From NCBI GenBank assembly GCA_020891255.1, contig BQFW01000001.1, forward strand, positions 2,852,001 through 2,916,000: a DNA stretch of 64,000 bases, written 5' to 3'. Below the pieces are notes generated by a model, which saw only the letters and a list, made by a program, of their open reading frames with translations, was not told the DNA's origin and did no database searches. Positions 44,207-57,587 of the stretch are shown here, in pieces; the first letter of the stretch is position 1, and the number at the start of each line of letters is the position of its first letter. The DNA is from Entomortierella parvispora E1425 (Eukaryota; Fungi; Mortierellomycota). The translations under genes and the position numbers were made by a program.

Positions 44207-45302
44207 TGGATAGTGCTTCACCCTTCACTTCATTCTAGAATCCTTCCCCCCTATACCATAGTGCGATTTCCGAGTTCCTCTCCCTTCTCCAACCCCACTT
44301 GATTTTGTATACTAGTCACTCCATTGTATTATTGTTAAGATTACACTTATCACCCACACGCCATGTCGTTGCAGCTTTTTGACTGGAATCCAGGTCGTGT
44401 CAGTAGCGTATGTTTTTATCTTGTAAGGTACCTTTCTCGCGATACATGTCACTCTTCATCTGAAAAAAAAAGCCAACCCATTGTCCTGTGCACACTACCA
44501 AACTCAAAAAACACAAACAGACCCCACCCACAAACACAACGGAGCAACAGCAACGACTGTAGTCTGCCGAAGCGGCACTGAAAGCAATTCAATGAATTAT
44601 TTTTTAGGGGTCCGCTCCCATCTCTCGTCGGGCAATGGGTAGATAGCAGAGCCTGTGCAAAGAACTTTGTTATCGCTGCGATGGAAGAAGCTATTGCCAT
44701 GAATAGTCCAGACACCACAGCGGTAGCAGCAAGAAAAAGTGACGGAGATCAGTGACGGAGATCATATGGCCCCAGTGCCCCAGTTTTCAAGATCTTTGCG
44801 GGGAGAAAGCGAGACAGAGGTGGAGGTATAAGGCAGGTACCTGTCCCATGTAAAGCTAGGCTGCAGCAGATTCGACAAAGTGTCAGGGGAATAGAGGGCA
44901 GGGATTCATGCAGCTATCACGACTGGACCATCCGGTTTTCTCCCTTTTTTCTCGGATGTGCCGCCCAAAAAGTTCAAAAGCAAGATGAAAGCAAGCAAGA
45001 AAAGTACAGGTAACTGAATCTGCATGTCATTTAATATAGGGCTGCGGAAGGGTTGCTCTGAGCACCGGGCCTCGAACTCTGTCAGTACAATAGGAGGGTT
45101 CGTGCCCGACGCCAAAATGATTTTCAAATCCAGTGGGCCAAGCAGACGTGGGACCGACCATCAGCCATATGTCCGCTGTCCAGAATATTTCACTCTGTCC
45201 TGGTCCAGGCTCTGCATCGACCGTCGACCATTTATTTGTAGATCGCAAAAATAAAAAATAAAATAAAAAGTCAAAATATTCCAGAAATCGTCAATTCCAA
45301 CT

Positions 45303-48300
45303 TCAAGGGCCTTCCTCCCTCAACGCCTGCAAGACGCTTTCGGCCGAAAGTCCGTCGACGCTCAAGGGAGAATCTGATCCCGAACCCGGTTGCCCAAGGC
45401 CACTCTGTCGGTTCTTGCGTCGCCTCTCCAATTTGCGGCCACCACTTGAGGCTTCAAACTCGGCTCCCGATACCGGTTTCCAGTCGGCGGCTTCTTCTTG
45501 CGTGGCAGCCTCGGTTGTCGTTGCTTCAGACCCTTCCTGGCTCCTAGGTTCCACGCGTGTCTGCTCGCTGTTTACGCTGGAAGTCTCTTCCGCCTGTTGC
45601 TCCTTTTCTTCTTCCTCATCAATAGCGTCCTCGGCCGATGCAGTGGTCGCCGTCATTCTCTGCCTCAAAGGCGATCGAGAGCTCCTCTCGCCTCCAGCGG
45701 CATGCTTCAGACCAGTCGTGTTGAGCAGTCCTGGAGTCGAAGCCTTATCCGAGCCATCTTCCTTTTCTTGACCGGCCGCTTCCACTGCAGTGCCTTCCAA
45801 AACAGGTTTCTTCTTGAACGTGGGCACCTCGCTGAACATTTCAGGTGCACTCACTCCACGCGTCAAGTTGAATCGTGCAGATGATGGGCCAAGGCGACGC
45901 TGCAGTTTGGCGCCTCCAGCAAGAGCTCCTGATCCAGTACCAACGCCAGCGCCTCCTGAGGCATCCACTACGTTGCTGTCAGCAGACCCATTATCGCGAA
46001 CAGGCTCTCCTTCCACTGCAATGGATGGAAGACCTCCTCCATTCGCCTGTGGGTTTACTGCAGACTGGCCATTCGCCAAAGGAGACGAAGTGCCCTTCAA
46101 GTCACGACTCAGGCGAACTGGTCCTCCCTTGCGTCGGCCAAGATGGGCGGCGGGAGCACGGGTGGTGACAGAGCGAGACAGACTGCCTTCCTCACGACTC
46201 ATCCGGATCGGCTCGAAGATTTGATGGGTCATCTTCAGCATGTCGCGCATCATACGTTGGGGATGTTTATCATGTAAGGTCACGGCCGTCTCTTCCAATG
46301 GACGTAGGAACACTGATCCCCAGCGATGTGCCATGTAGGCCGTGAAGTTGTCTTCGGCTCCAGTTTCCTTCATTAAACTAAGAATGATGAAAACAGAGGG
46401 TTACTATATGAAAGAAGGAGCAGGCAAACGTGTGTGCCGCGAAAGGTAAATCTGCAAAACTTACTTGCTGATGTGCTTCACAACTTCATATAGGGTATAA
46501 AAGCGCGCAGAGGACAGCAGAGCCAGCAAGTTGCGGATCGATGAGATCCTAGCATCGTTCTTGCTATCGTTTGCGTCGTCCGAGACTTGTCACATATCAA
46601 TAAAAGTTGAGTATTAGTCTTCATTGAGAAAGGTCTGATTCAAAATGAACAAAAGTGCACCTTCACGCGCTTTTCCTACCCTTACCGCTGGAGTAGATGA
46701 TCTTGACAGTCTCATATTCCTCTCCATTTAGCAGCGATCCTGGCAATTCCAGAAAGTACAGACGCAGTACACCCACCACTGTGGCGACATCGAAAAGACG
46801 CAATAGCTTTTGAGTGATCTTGCCGCCTAAAAAAAAAAATCTCCCAGAGGGCGTCAGAACCTGAGAACATGAAGTTAATGAACATACAGCTGGAAACACA
46901 AACATACCATGGTTGATTTTGTTTCTAAGAATGTGGATGTCCGCAAGAGGCACCTCGGCAGTCCAACAGGCCAATTTTTCTATATGAAAAAAGAACGAGC
47001 AGTTTAGTTTGCAAAATGAAGGATGTAGCTTGGATCAACCTCACACAGACTAAAACACATACGTTCGTTTGTCAAGTTTGCGTTGCTCTTTTTGATCCTG
47101 CTCAAACACTTCGTGACAATCTGAGGCACCTTTTTACGAGTAAAATTGCAGTGCTGATCGATGTTCACGCCAAAAATTTGATCTAGTCAAGAGATATTTC
47201 AGTCAGAATTGACAATCCTTGCTCCAGACTACAATCCCGACAGAGTGCACTCAAGCTTACCAAGTCCCGAGCCATGGTAAAAGTTGTTGTACAGAGTGGG
47301 CATAGGCACGAAAGCGCCGGTACGATATTGCTCAATCACGTACTGAACATCATTGGTGGGTCTCAAAGCTTCCTGGAAGATCAACAAATGATCCGCTACT
47401 GACTGTGTAATGCTGATGATGTTCGAAAAGATGGCAGCAAAGTTCAGGAAAGCTATAAGAATAAAGGAGGGCAATGAGTTTCTTGTTGTCACAACATTGC
47501 AGCTATTCACATCGGACGTCAAGGCTGTACCGTTTTTGAAGGTGTTGATGCGCTCGTACTCGAATCGCTGCAGGAGATCCATGTGTGCAAACTAAGATTG
47601 AAAAAAAAACCAGAGACTTGTTAGATAATGTTTGTTCTTGACATTTTGTCTTCAAACAATGGCACTTTACCAGTCCAACTTCAAGCTGCAAGCGAGTCAT
47701 GTCTGCCTTCTTGACGGCCGCCAGGTAAACAGCATCCGCCTTTTCGGCTTCCTGCTTGGTTTTGGTGACCAAAGACACGTCCTCTTCCTTGTCTTCCTCC
47801 AAAAGCTCAAACATTTGATCCCTCCATTGGTAAAAGTTGGCAGGGCTGGCCAAGAACTTGTTTCCACGCTGGCCGATCAATCGAAGAAAGCCCTCATCAG
47901 AAAGCGACTGACCAATGTGTTCTGCTTCCTCGATCGTCCGCGCCTTCGTGTTTTGTTGGATCCAGTGCGCAACTGCAGAGCCAGAGCAGCATCCCGAATA
48001 AACACCCATAATGGGCACCTTTACATCCTGCGAAGGAACTTCAGCACGCATCCTGTTCAAAAACTTGTTGAGTTCTTGAATTGTGAACCTCTGCGAGGCA
48101 AATTCGTGGCGTCGCTCCAGTCCATCTGATCCAGGTCCGGCACCTGTTCCAGCCCTATGAGCCGCTGCAGCGGCCTCTGCCTGCTGCTGTGCAAGATCCC
48201 CATGGGCAATTTTGTTGGCCTCCAGTTCCGCTTGGTCGGCAGCGTTGCACTTTGACACATATGCGGCGTGCGAACGATCGAGGTCCAGTAGATGCCTGTC

Positions 48301-49145
48301 AAAGAGCTTGAGGCGGGCTTCAATCTCTTCGCGACTTTGTTGTGTCGTTTGTCGAGCCTGAGTGCTGAACTTCAAAAGTGGTTGGAGGACGAGTTCCTTG
48401 AGATTGGAGGCGAGGGCAAGATGTCCGTTTCCAAGCTCAACACTTTCGGCTTTGATGGTCTCGAAGGTCTTGCGCAAGGATGCACCGTCATCTCTAAGGA
48501 AGCCATCGAGCTTTGATACAAGGATTGCAAGCGCAGAGGCAAGAGGCAAGTTGAGGGAGTTGAGGGATGGGTTCGTTAGTCACAGGTTTGCCGGCAAAAA
48601 GAGTCTGGTGGACACGATGGTGGAAAAAAACATCAAAAAACATCAAAAAACAGGGGCTCTGATATGTAGGCTGAACTTGAGAAGAATGACCCAGCCCAAT
48701 CCAGCAAAGGCAGTAGGTCAGGCTGAGAGGGGGACAGTAATGGTGGTGCACGCGGAAGAACATTGGGCTGGCTTTAAGGGTGATGTAGAGTGGTTTCGAT
48801 CGCCCACAGATATCAGAGTCTTGCAGCTCCGTTCCTCCCAGCATATCTTCCTTTCCACATCGTCATCACGACTGAGAGAGTGGAGAGACCAAGGCAGGAA
48901 AGAGAGTGGCGGTGTCGTTTTACCTTTAAGCGCCGGTTACCCATCTCGATCAGGGCATTACCATAGCGCTGCTCGACCTCGATCCGCTCGCGGAGGTACG
49001 TCAGAATCTCCTGGTCCTCAACAGCGCCCTGGTCGACCTTGGCATGGAGCACGTTGGCGCCATGGACATAGTCTCCACGCGAGTTGGACCAAAACGACTC
49101 TGAAAACTTTGTCTCTGAGAAACGGCTTTGGGCAAGCGCGGTCAT
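45303..49145 (-). CDS. F-BAR/FCH-DEP-RhoGAP protein (Rgd2/Rga8-like), multi-exon
   Basis: FSESFWS...YLRERIEVEQRYG (FCH), SGSAVAHWIQQN...GQSLSDEGFLRLIG (DEP), FGV...VPQIVTKC (RhoGAP). Confidence 0.85.
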
Positions 49146-49628
49146 TGCAGAGAAGGTAGGCTGTGTGGGTGGCTGGAAGAGATGATGTAAAGAGTGAAAA
49201 AGGCTGGTTGCTGGCGAGTGTCTGCTTGCTCTCTGTGTCCCTTGTGAGATGGTCGCGAATGCCCGAGAGTCGAAGGGCGAGCGAGGGCGGGGATGGAGTG
49301 AAGTGAAGTGGAGAAACAATAAATGGATGAGACGGGTGAGGAGAAGGGGAGGAGAAAAGAGAGAAAGTGGACACACGCGGGCTAAAAAAAAAAAAAAATC
49401 TTCACAACACCATGCGTTGCGTGCCTTCAGCCCGCGAATGGCTGTGCTCCTTCTTTCCCTCCCGCTTCCAGCTCTGTCGGCTCCTCCCTTCGTTCCATGG
49501 CAGCACATGCGTTCGTTCCAGTCTAACGTCCAGTCCCGCGCCATCATCTCTTGTTCCATTGCCACCCTGCAACAATCACCGTGGCTCTTGTCTTCTTTAT
49601 TTCTGGCAAGGACTATCAACCACACATT

Positions 49629-51026
49629 TTACTTTGTTGGCTGGTGAACAGTTGTGAACACGATGCCCTGCTCCTGCAAGCGCTTAATCAGGTCGGTGCG
49701 GGCAAAAGCCACGGCCGGAGTAAGCACGCCGTTGGGGACAAGATCCTTCTGATGAAGCAGTGTGTAGCACGCTTGCACCACCAATTTTGGTGTCGCGACA
49801 TAGCCTGGCTCGGGTCCGCTCACGCTGGTTACAATCGACACATCTGGTTCGATCATCAACAGCTCCTCGGACTTGTGCTTAGCCTGAAGTTCAGCCGAAT
49901 AGCCCTTGGCAAAGAATGTTTCCGAGAAGGATGTCTCTGCCAGCTGCTGATCCGAGGGTCCTTGGTGACTGAAGAGGCCGAGCGTGAAGAAACGGGGGTG
50001 CTTCAGTAAGAGCTTACGACCAAACTCGCACTTTGCCAATAGTCCAAACACGGTCGAGGCAGCAATTGTCAAGGCCAATGTTGAGAAGGAAGGGATGCAG
50101 ATATAGGCCGCAAATTGAACAGGGGGCGATTGATATTGTTCCAGCTCTTTGTCCTGAAGGGTCATTTGTTGCGACAATCGAACGACCGAGGGGTCTGCAA
50201 AGAAAAATGGAATCGTGTACGCAGCGACTTTGTGGACCCAATGAGGTTTTGGGTTGACCGCAAGACGGGGGCCTACCCTGGGGACCTGGGGCCTATTTGC
50301 TGTCCGGCGCAATTGGCGAAGCAGAGCCGAGCTTCCGAAGCCGTGTACCGCCTATGGTAGTATCATGGTACAAATGACGAGTTTTTTTTATATCAATATC
50401 AGCGTGGGGTAAGAACAGCATGCAGGATTGCGTAAACATTTTCTTACAGATTCAAAAGTGGCGTAGTGGGCAGCAAAGCCGGCGGTACCGGCCACATGCA
50501 ACTTGAAGAACATCTCGATAGACGAAGGAAGTGCATTATAAGTTGTTTGGAGTTGCTGCTTGGTATAGAGGACACCAAGATCGCAGGGGATGCTGTCGAA
50601 GCCGCAAACGTTGACGATGGCCACCTGGGATTCCTTTGCTTTGGCGTGGTACTTGATCGCCATACTTTCAAAGAACTCTGGTTCTCCGGTGATATCAACG
50701 TAGTGGCAGGATTCGCTCACACAGGCAGCCACAGCAGCCTCACCCAAGAACCGAAACGGTCCCGCAGCTGCAATCAAAGTCCGGGAAGCAGCGCACATGA
50801 CTCTCATACTCTCTTCATCATGCACGTCTGCGACCACAATTGAGGGCTGGATCTTGGCCGTCAGGGTCGTGGGAAGCGAGGCCACAAGAGCCTCAAGCCT
50901 GGCCTTGGATCTCCCTGCAACGGCAAGTCGAAGAGAGGAGGGTGCCGTCCTGAGAACCTCAGTGAGGATGAATTTGCCCGTGAACCCTGTTGCTCCGAAG
51001 ATAGTAATGTCGATGGTCTTTTCCAT
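49629..51026 (-). CDS. Saccharopine dehydrogenase-like oxidoreductase (SCCPDH-like)
   Basis: DITIFGATGFTG, AVAGRS, AAGPFRFLGE, YVDITGEP, CGFDSIPCDLG, GPEPGYVAT. Confidence 0.92.
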
Positions 51027-51368
51027 GATGTCGAGTGCTGGAACCGAGATGATGGAGAGGATTCAAAGATTGAAATTGAATTAAAAAACTGAATTGCCAC
51101 GCCGCACTGATTTCATTTTTTATGCTTTTTGAACACAGAGGACCGAGATTCGCTCACCAGGCAACAATGCTCCCGCCAGGCAACATTGATATCCAATCCT
51201 CGACAGCATGCATTCAATGCCGCTCTTGATCATCCCCAGCCTTTTTTCAATTCACAGTTTGAATGCTGAACTTTTTTTTAATGAAAGTTTTCAATGTGTG
51301 CACAAGGGTGCTCAAGAGAGTTTCTTGAAGGGAGAAGATCGTGCAGATACAGACGATTTCAGCTCAGA

Positions 51369-53272
51369 TCAGGGTAAACCACCTTCACCGCCAGCGTTGT
51401 CTCCATGGCCTGGGTTACGCGAGTGACCACTGTGATCGTGGTGAGGCTCATCAGAATAGTGCCCAACAGTGCTGATCCCATAGGTAGAGCCGTAGATGCC
51501 CTGTTGTCCTGAATAGGGGCCCTGGTCTTGAGAATACTGCTGGTATGGATGCTGGTAAGACTGATACAATTGCTGAGACTGGTGAGAATACTGTGAGTGA
51601 AATGGCTGCGCGGATGAAGTCGATACTCCAGCTGCGGACGATGATGATCCAGAATTGTCGTATCCTAGATCCAGGGACCCGTTTCCTGAGGTCGAGCTGA
51701 ATGGCAGCGAGTGCGCTTGAGTAGGGCTACCCAGGGCAGATGCTGGCGTGGAGAGGTAGCCTGGAAGGACAGCATGGCGGAGGGTAGGCGTCGTTGAAGC
51801 AGAGGCAGTGGTAGATACGGGAGCTGTGGCAGAGGTTGGTGGTCTGCGCTTGTATGGTCCACGCTTGATCCCCTTTTTGCGCACCTTGCGGGTGGAGTCG
51901 ACACAAGTGTCTGAAAGTCCGTACTTGATGCAGCGTGAGCAAGGTCTCCCTTCATCGCACTTCTTGCAGGCCTTTTGGCAATTGACTGGAAAAAAAAAAA
52001 AGGCCGTTTAGTTTCTGGACACCTTTGATCAGATAAGCAGAAGCCAGCAAATAAGAAGGCCGATAAATATAGCACGGGTGGATCCCAAAAAGAAAATAAT
52101 AAAAAAAAAAATCCTTTCTGCCTTTTTGTTCTCAAAAAGCAAGAGGATGGCTCATTTCTGGTAAAAAGTGGATATAAGAGAGAGAGGGGCAGGGGAAGAG
52201 AAGGCTGCTTCATTGACCTCGAGAATAGCCACGCGTGTTATTGCAATTGAGAGGCAACAATGAGCACGAGCTGGCAGTGACCCAAATATTGGCTTTTGGT
52301 GGCACCACTCTCTCTTTTTTTTGCTGCTCAGCTCTGGCCGCCTGATTGACTGAGGTATGCTCTTTGCTCTTGAGCACAAAATAGATCATCAGAACACTTA
52401 AAAGTCCACATGGTATGACTGAACTTACCACAAGCATTCTTGACCTGGCGACGTTTGACCCTTTCGTGGGAGTGATCGCCGCCGTAAAGTTGTGCATGCG
52501 CCTGGGTCGGGGATGGAGGTATGGAGCTGTAAGGGGTGGATTGACTCGAGTGGTACGGCGTTGACTGTGTGGAGCCGAACGGACCCAACATCTGTGCGTA
52601 TTGCGAGTCTGTCAAAGGAGGAGCCAGAGAAGAGTACGCCTGCTGTTGTCGCATCGGGGAAGGGGCTGTCGAGCTAACAGCGTTCGTACCAGTGCCGTTG
52701 CTATTGTTACTGTTGTGGTTGTAATAGTAACTGTTGGCAAGATCTGGCGCCTGCTGATGTTGCTGATAATGGTATGGGTGCAGAGGGTGGTGCTGAGAGG
52801 ACTGACTATGGTATGAGTAGCTCGGGTGCTGACCGTACGGTGTAGTAGTTCCACTGGCATTGGTGCTGTTGATGTTGTTATTGCTGCCACCGTTGTTATT
52901 ACTAGGATTATACTGCAAATTGTTGATTGTTGGAGAAGAGGGGGCAGTTGAGAAGGCACTGGCAGGCGTCGAGTGCTGTTGCTGTTGCTGGGACATGTTC
53001 ATGGCTAATAGGTGCTTGCTGAGGTTGTATTTGTGCTGATCCGCTGGCTCCTGCTGCTGAAGTTGGTGCTCTGAATAAGGAGAGGTGGGGTACAGCTGGA
53101 TCTGACCAGGGTACACATCCTGCTCACGCTTGAGGACCGTGGGAGGACTGGCACTAGAGCTGGAGGTGGAACTTGGGGTCTGGTTGCTGGTGTGGGCTTT
53201 GGACACGGCGGGGTAGAGGCCGTTGTCCTTGACCTGGCCCTGGTCGTGGTCCTGGTCCAGGCTTTGCTGCAT
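51369..53272 (-). CDS. Zn2Cys6 transcription factor, one intron inside the binuclear cluster
   Basis: VKRRQVKNAC|VNCQKACKKCDEGRPCSRCIKYGLSDTCVDSTRKVRKKGIKRGPYKRR; Q/H/S-rich flanks. Confidence 0.92.
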
Positions 53273-53671
53273 CGAGAGTTGAAGGAGAAGTCAAACAAGG
53301 GATGGGGGTGTGAATTCAGCGAGTGCGAATGAGAGGGGCGAAGGAGAGAAAGAGAAAGAAAGAGAGAGAAGGAGAGAGGTCAAGAAGAAAAGAAGACACA
53401 GAAGACGGCATGTCCTACCACATGCCACGGCTCTGACGAGAGAGAAAAGAAAAATAAAATTTGTCTCAAAGCCACATTTTTTTCATCAGTCGTGGTTTTT
53501 TTGACTGCCTTCAGTCCGTCCGTCCTTCAGTCCTTCAGTCTGTCTGTCCTCGGTCTGGTGCTGTTTTTGCTCTGTTTGTCAGCCTTCAGTCTTCACCTCC
53601 CGACTCCACGTTTTCATTCGTTCCTTTATTTGTTCTGTCCTTCCAACATTCATTCATTCATCGCTGAGCCC

Positions 53672-55206
53672 ATGTCAGTCTACCTTCCCGAGGACAGCCA
53701 GGCTGTGGACCAACCTGTGCACGAGCACAGCGAACCCCAAGAACCGCTCGTCTTCCCACCCCTCACGCACCAACGTCTCGAGAACTGCGCCCTGGCATCA
53801 TGGTACCCGGCCTTCCGTTCGCTCACGATCAAGACAAAGGTGATCCCTTTGCCCGAAGATTTTGTCTCCTATCTCCATGCCGATGGCGTGTTTGTCCCTG
53901 GTCAATCGTAAGTTCCACTTTTTGATTTGATCTGAAGCTCTTGTCATGATCTCTCCATACACATGGGCATTTCATCAACTATACTCTCTTGATCTCTGCT
54001 CTAGTGGCGTAACCCTGGCATTGGACAGCGACAGCGACAGCGACAGTGACAATGATGAGGCACATATCAGCGACATGGATAGACTCAAAACACTACAGGA
54101 AGAGACCTATCGCCAAAGGCATGCAGATTCAAGTGACGATAGCAGTGATAACGAGGATCAGGATCCCCAGGAAGATGAAGAGGTATCGCGGTTGTGAACT
54201 GTCTATTTGTCGTATGACATATTGTGTTCTATTGACTGACGGATCTGCTCTTTCTTATAGACCCCTCTGCCTTACTTCCCCGAGCTGGAAACGGAGATTG
54301 AACAGACAATCGAAGAGTTTGGAGGCGAAGTGTTTCCAAAGCTAAACTGGAGTTCTCCACGGGATGCAAGCTGGATCGCGACCACCAACACCCTCAAATG
54401 CCACAACCCTGCCGACATTTTCTTGCTTTTGAAATCCTCAGATTTCATTGCCCATGATCTCTCGCATGCATACGAAGATTGTTCTGATGCTGCTCCAGAA
54501 GGAAGTCCAGCAGATGAGACGGGAGTGCAAAAGCGCCCAAAGACGGTTCAATTGATTTTGCGGAAGTGGTTTGACCTCGCACCGTCCATGGAGTTCCGTT
54601 GTTTTGTCAGGGATAACGAGCTTATTGGTATGCCGTGTATTTCAGAAAGTTTTGAATCCCGAATGGTTTCTTTCTAATTTGCTGACAACCTATTCTGTCC
54701 TTTTCATTTTAGGAATCTCTCAACGGGACATGACATACTACGATTTTTTGAATGGTGTCAAAGACGAGCTGGAGCAAAAAATTGTCGACTTTTATAACGA
54801 TCGTATTCGCGGCAAGTTCCCTGATAACGACTGTAAGTGTAGTGAGGCACCCTGCGCGAATAGTAAGATCATGATGGCCAGCCAGACTATTGACATTTTC
54901 TCCGTTCGTGAAAACACAGATACATTTGACGTCTATATCACAAGGAACAGGGAGCGCATCTACTTGATTGATTTCAATCCTTTTGCCCAAAAGACCGACG
55001 CTCTGCTTTTCGATTGGGCCGAGCTGCTCCTAGCAGAGAAGAGAATGCCCCTACGTTTACTGGCTTCGGAAGCAGCAAGTCAGCATATGCAACAACCCTT
55101 TGCCTTCAACCGTTACCCCAGCGATGTGACTGATCTTTCCAATGGACAGACGGTGGCCGAGTTTGCAGAAGCATTTTACAAAAAAGTTCAGGCCGCAGCC
55201 AAATAA
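53672..55206 (+). CDS. CDC123: Cell division cycle protein 123 (ATP-grasp, eIF2 assembly), multi-exon
   Basis: IPLPEDFVSYLHADG, VFPKLNWSSPRDASWI, LLLKSSDFIAHDL, EFRCFV, YLIDFNPF. Confidence 0.95.
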
Positions 55207-55237
55207 ACTAGAGGTAATGATATGGCCTTTTTTTAAT

Positions 55238-56442
55238 TTATATAGCCACCAACTGAACTGATTCCACGAAAGATTCTTGCTCTGGAAGTTGGGACGATAC
55301 CCAGTTGGAGTCCAGAAGCAAAGAGAGGTCATCCCCCTTTGATCGAGGGATCCTCTGCGGATGAAGGAGCAAAAAAAAAATAAAAAAAAAAAATAACAGA
55401 GATCAGCTTTAAAGGGTCACTTTCCCTGGTCCGACATTTTGAGCACTCTGTTGATAATAGTCTTACTGAGCGTATGTCCTTGTAGGAGCTTTCCCTAGTA
55501 GAGCACTCGCGTATAACAGTAGGAGCACCAAGTCGATGGTAGATCCGGGTATCATAGACACGAAACAAGACGTCGTCCACACGGAGGAAGAAGCGAAGAA
55601 GGATAAAAAAGCATCCTGGCATGACACGCTGAGAAGAGAAATCGTTAGTCGCTGTGCAACAATATCATCTTGGTTGTCATCGCCTGGGAGGTGAGAGACA
55701 TACCATTTTGGTTGTCAGGAGTGCTGTGCCATTGTCTGCGAGCTCATCTTCAAAGAGGATGTTTTCATCGTAAAACAGGATGGGGTCGGGCCTCTTCAGT
55801 TGCTCAATGTCGATGGATTCCTCTGTTGTCGGACGAAATTCCAGCGCGTTGTTAGTGCTCACGTTGGAGCCGCTGTATCGGGTAGAGTAGGTCCAATCGT
55901 ATGGCTTGACAACGTCCGTGATATGTTCCTGGTTTGCCATGCTAATGGGGGAAAGGTTGCTCCTAGTGTCAGAACCCCCATCCTGGTTTGTTTCCTAGCT
56001 CGAATATGATTCAGAGCAACAGCCAGGACGTACCTTCGCTTATCGAACCATTCTCGCGCATATGACACCTTGATATGGTCACTGCTAGTGGAGGACTGGT
56101 CCACCATGGCCAGCGCTGGCAGCGCCTTGAACTCGAGTTTGAATCCTGATTTCTTGTGCTCAATAGACAAGTAATTGTTGCCGAAGATCATCTCTGGGAT
56201 CGGGATACCCAGATCTGCAGAAGCTCTGTAAGGACCACATATAAAGGAAAGGGTGATTAGATAAAATACAGTCGAGCCAACTTCTGAAGCTTGAGCGAGA
56301 ACGCTTCTCCCAATTATGTCCTTTACGTGTCAATTTCATTCGAGCTCAGGATGGACGTCTTGTGCGAGAGAATAGTCCAGTCGCCAATATCGATCCCCTT
56401 GGTACCATTATTGTTGATGAGCTTGTGAGTTGGTCCTGACAT
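55238..56442 (-). CDS. TIP41: TIP41/TIPRL PP2A regulator, multi-exon
   Basis: PEMIFGNN, VKPYDWTYST, PILFYDENILFEDELADNG, RVMPGCFFILLRFFLRVDDVLFRVYDTRIYH. Confidence 0.95.
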
Positions 56443-56594
56443 TATGTAGAGCAATGGATGGTCAAAAGAATGCAGCGAGAGGAAAAAGTGAAGGACACGG
56501 GCGCCACGCCAGGTCAGCCAGTCACGTGTAGATCGTTTTGTCGCTCCTGGTTCGAAGAGTTTGCCATTGTTCAATTCCATTCTTTGCTCCACAA

Positions 56595-57540
56595 ATGCTA
56601 GTCCTTAATCTCTCAAGGCGGTCCATCTCACTGGCCAAGACCGCAGAATGCCTGATTGCAACGCGTCCGCGCTACTTTTCGCATCACTCTAAAGCCCACC
56701 CAGGTACAGTGACCTTTGCAGGCGTACATTTTTTTTAGATAATATGTTCGAAGTTCTGGCAGTACTGACGCGAAAGATGTGAACATTCAGTTGACAGGAG
56801 ACCTGTTGTCATATCTGGGCCATCCGGTGGAGGAAAGTCAACATTGATCCAGAGGCTCTTTCAAGAGTACCCATCGACATTTGGGTTCAGTGTATCACGT
56901 ACGTTGTGAGATTCCATGAGATGAACTATATTGGAAAGATCTTGAATGACAAAAAAATCTAATGGTTGACCTTTGATTAGACACTACAAGAAAGGCTCGA
57001 CCTGGAGAAGAGGATGGAGTTGCATATCACTTTGTGGATGAGAGGAAAATGGAGGACTTGATTGATGGAGACCAATTTCTGGAGCACGCGACCTTCTCGG
57101 GACATCATTACGGTACCTCCAAACTGGCAGTCCAGAACGTGACCCAGAGCGGTCGAATCTGCATCCTTGATATTGACCTCGTAAGATCCACGTCGTATTG
57201 ATCTTTATGGTCCTGCTCGATTCAATGTAAATCAACCTTCCAATTAACCATACATATCATTGGTCGTCTGTAGCAAGGGGTCAGGAGTGTACGAGCATCT
57301 GGACTAGAGGCGAGATATGTTCTCATCCGCCCTCGAAGCCTTGACATTTTGGAACAGAGGCTCCGTGGAAGGAAAACAGAAACAGAGGAAGCCATTCAGA
57401 AGCGACTGAATAGAGCTCGGGAAGAATGGTCTTTTGGTATGGACAAATCCAACTTTGATCATGTTATAATCAATGACAACGTTGATAGGGCATTCGCAGA
57501 TCTCTCTTCGTTTCTTTTTGGTGAGAACAGTGATTTATGA
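56595..57540 (+). CDS. GUK1: Guanylate kinase with putative N-terminal mitochondrial presequence, multi-exon
   Basis: [20 protein letters not shown]|[21 protein letters not shown]|[12 protein letters not shown]. Confidence 0.95.
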
Positions 57541-57587
57541 TACATGAATGTTACAGAATAAAAAAGAGAGTTGAATGAGCAACATTT

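Noticed and set aside
44738-44763. 13-bp tandem duplication AGTGACGGAGATC x2
   Set aside because: Only two units in intergenic DNA; most likely replication slippage
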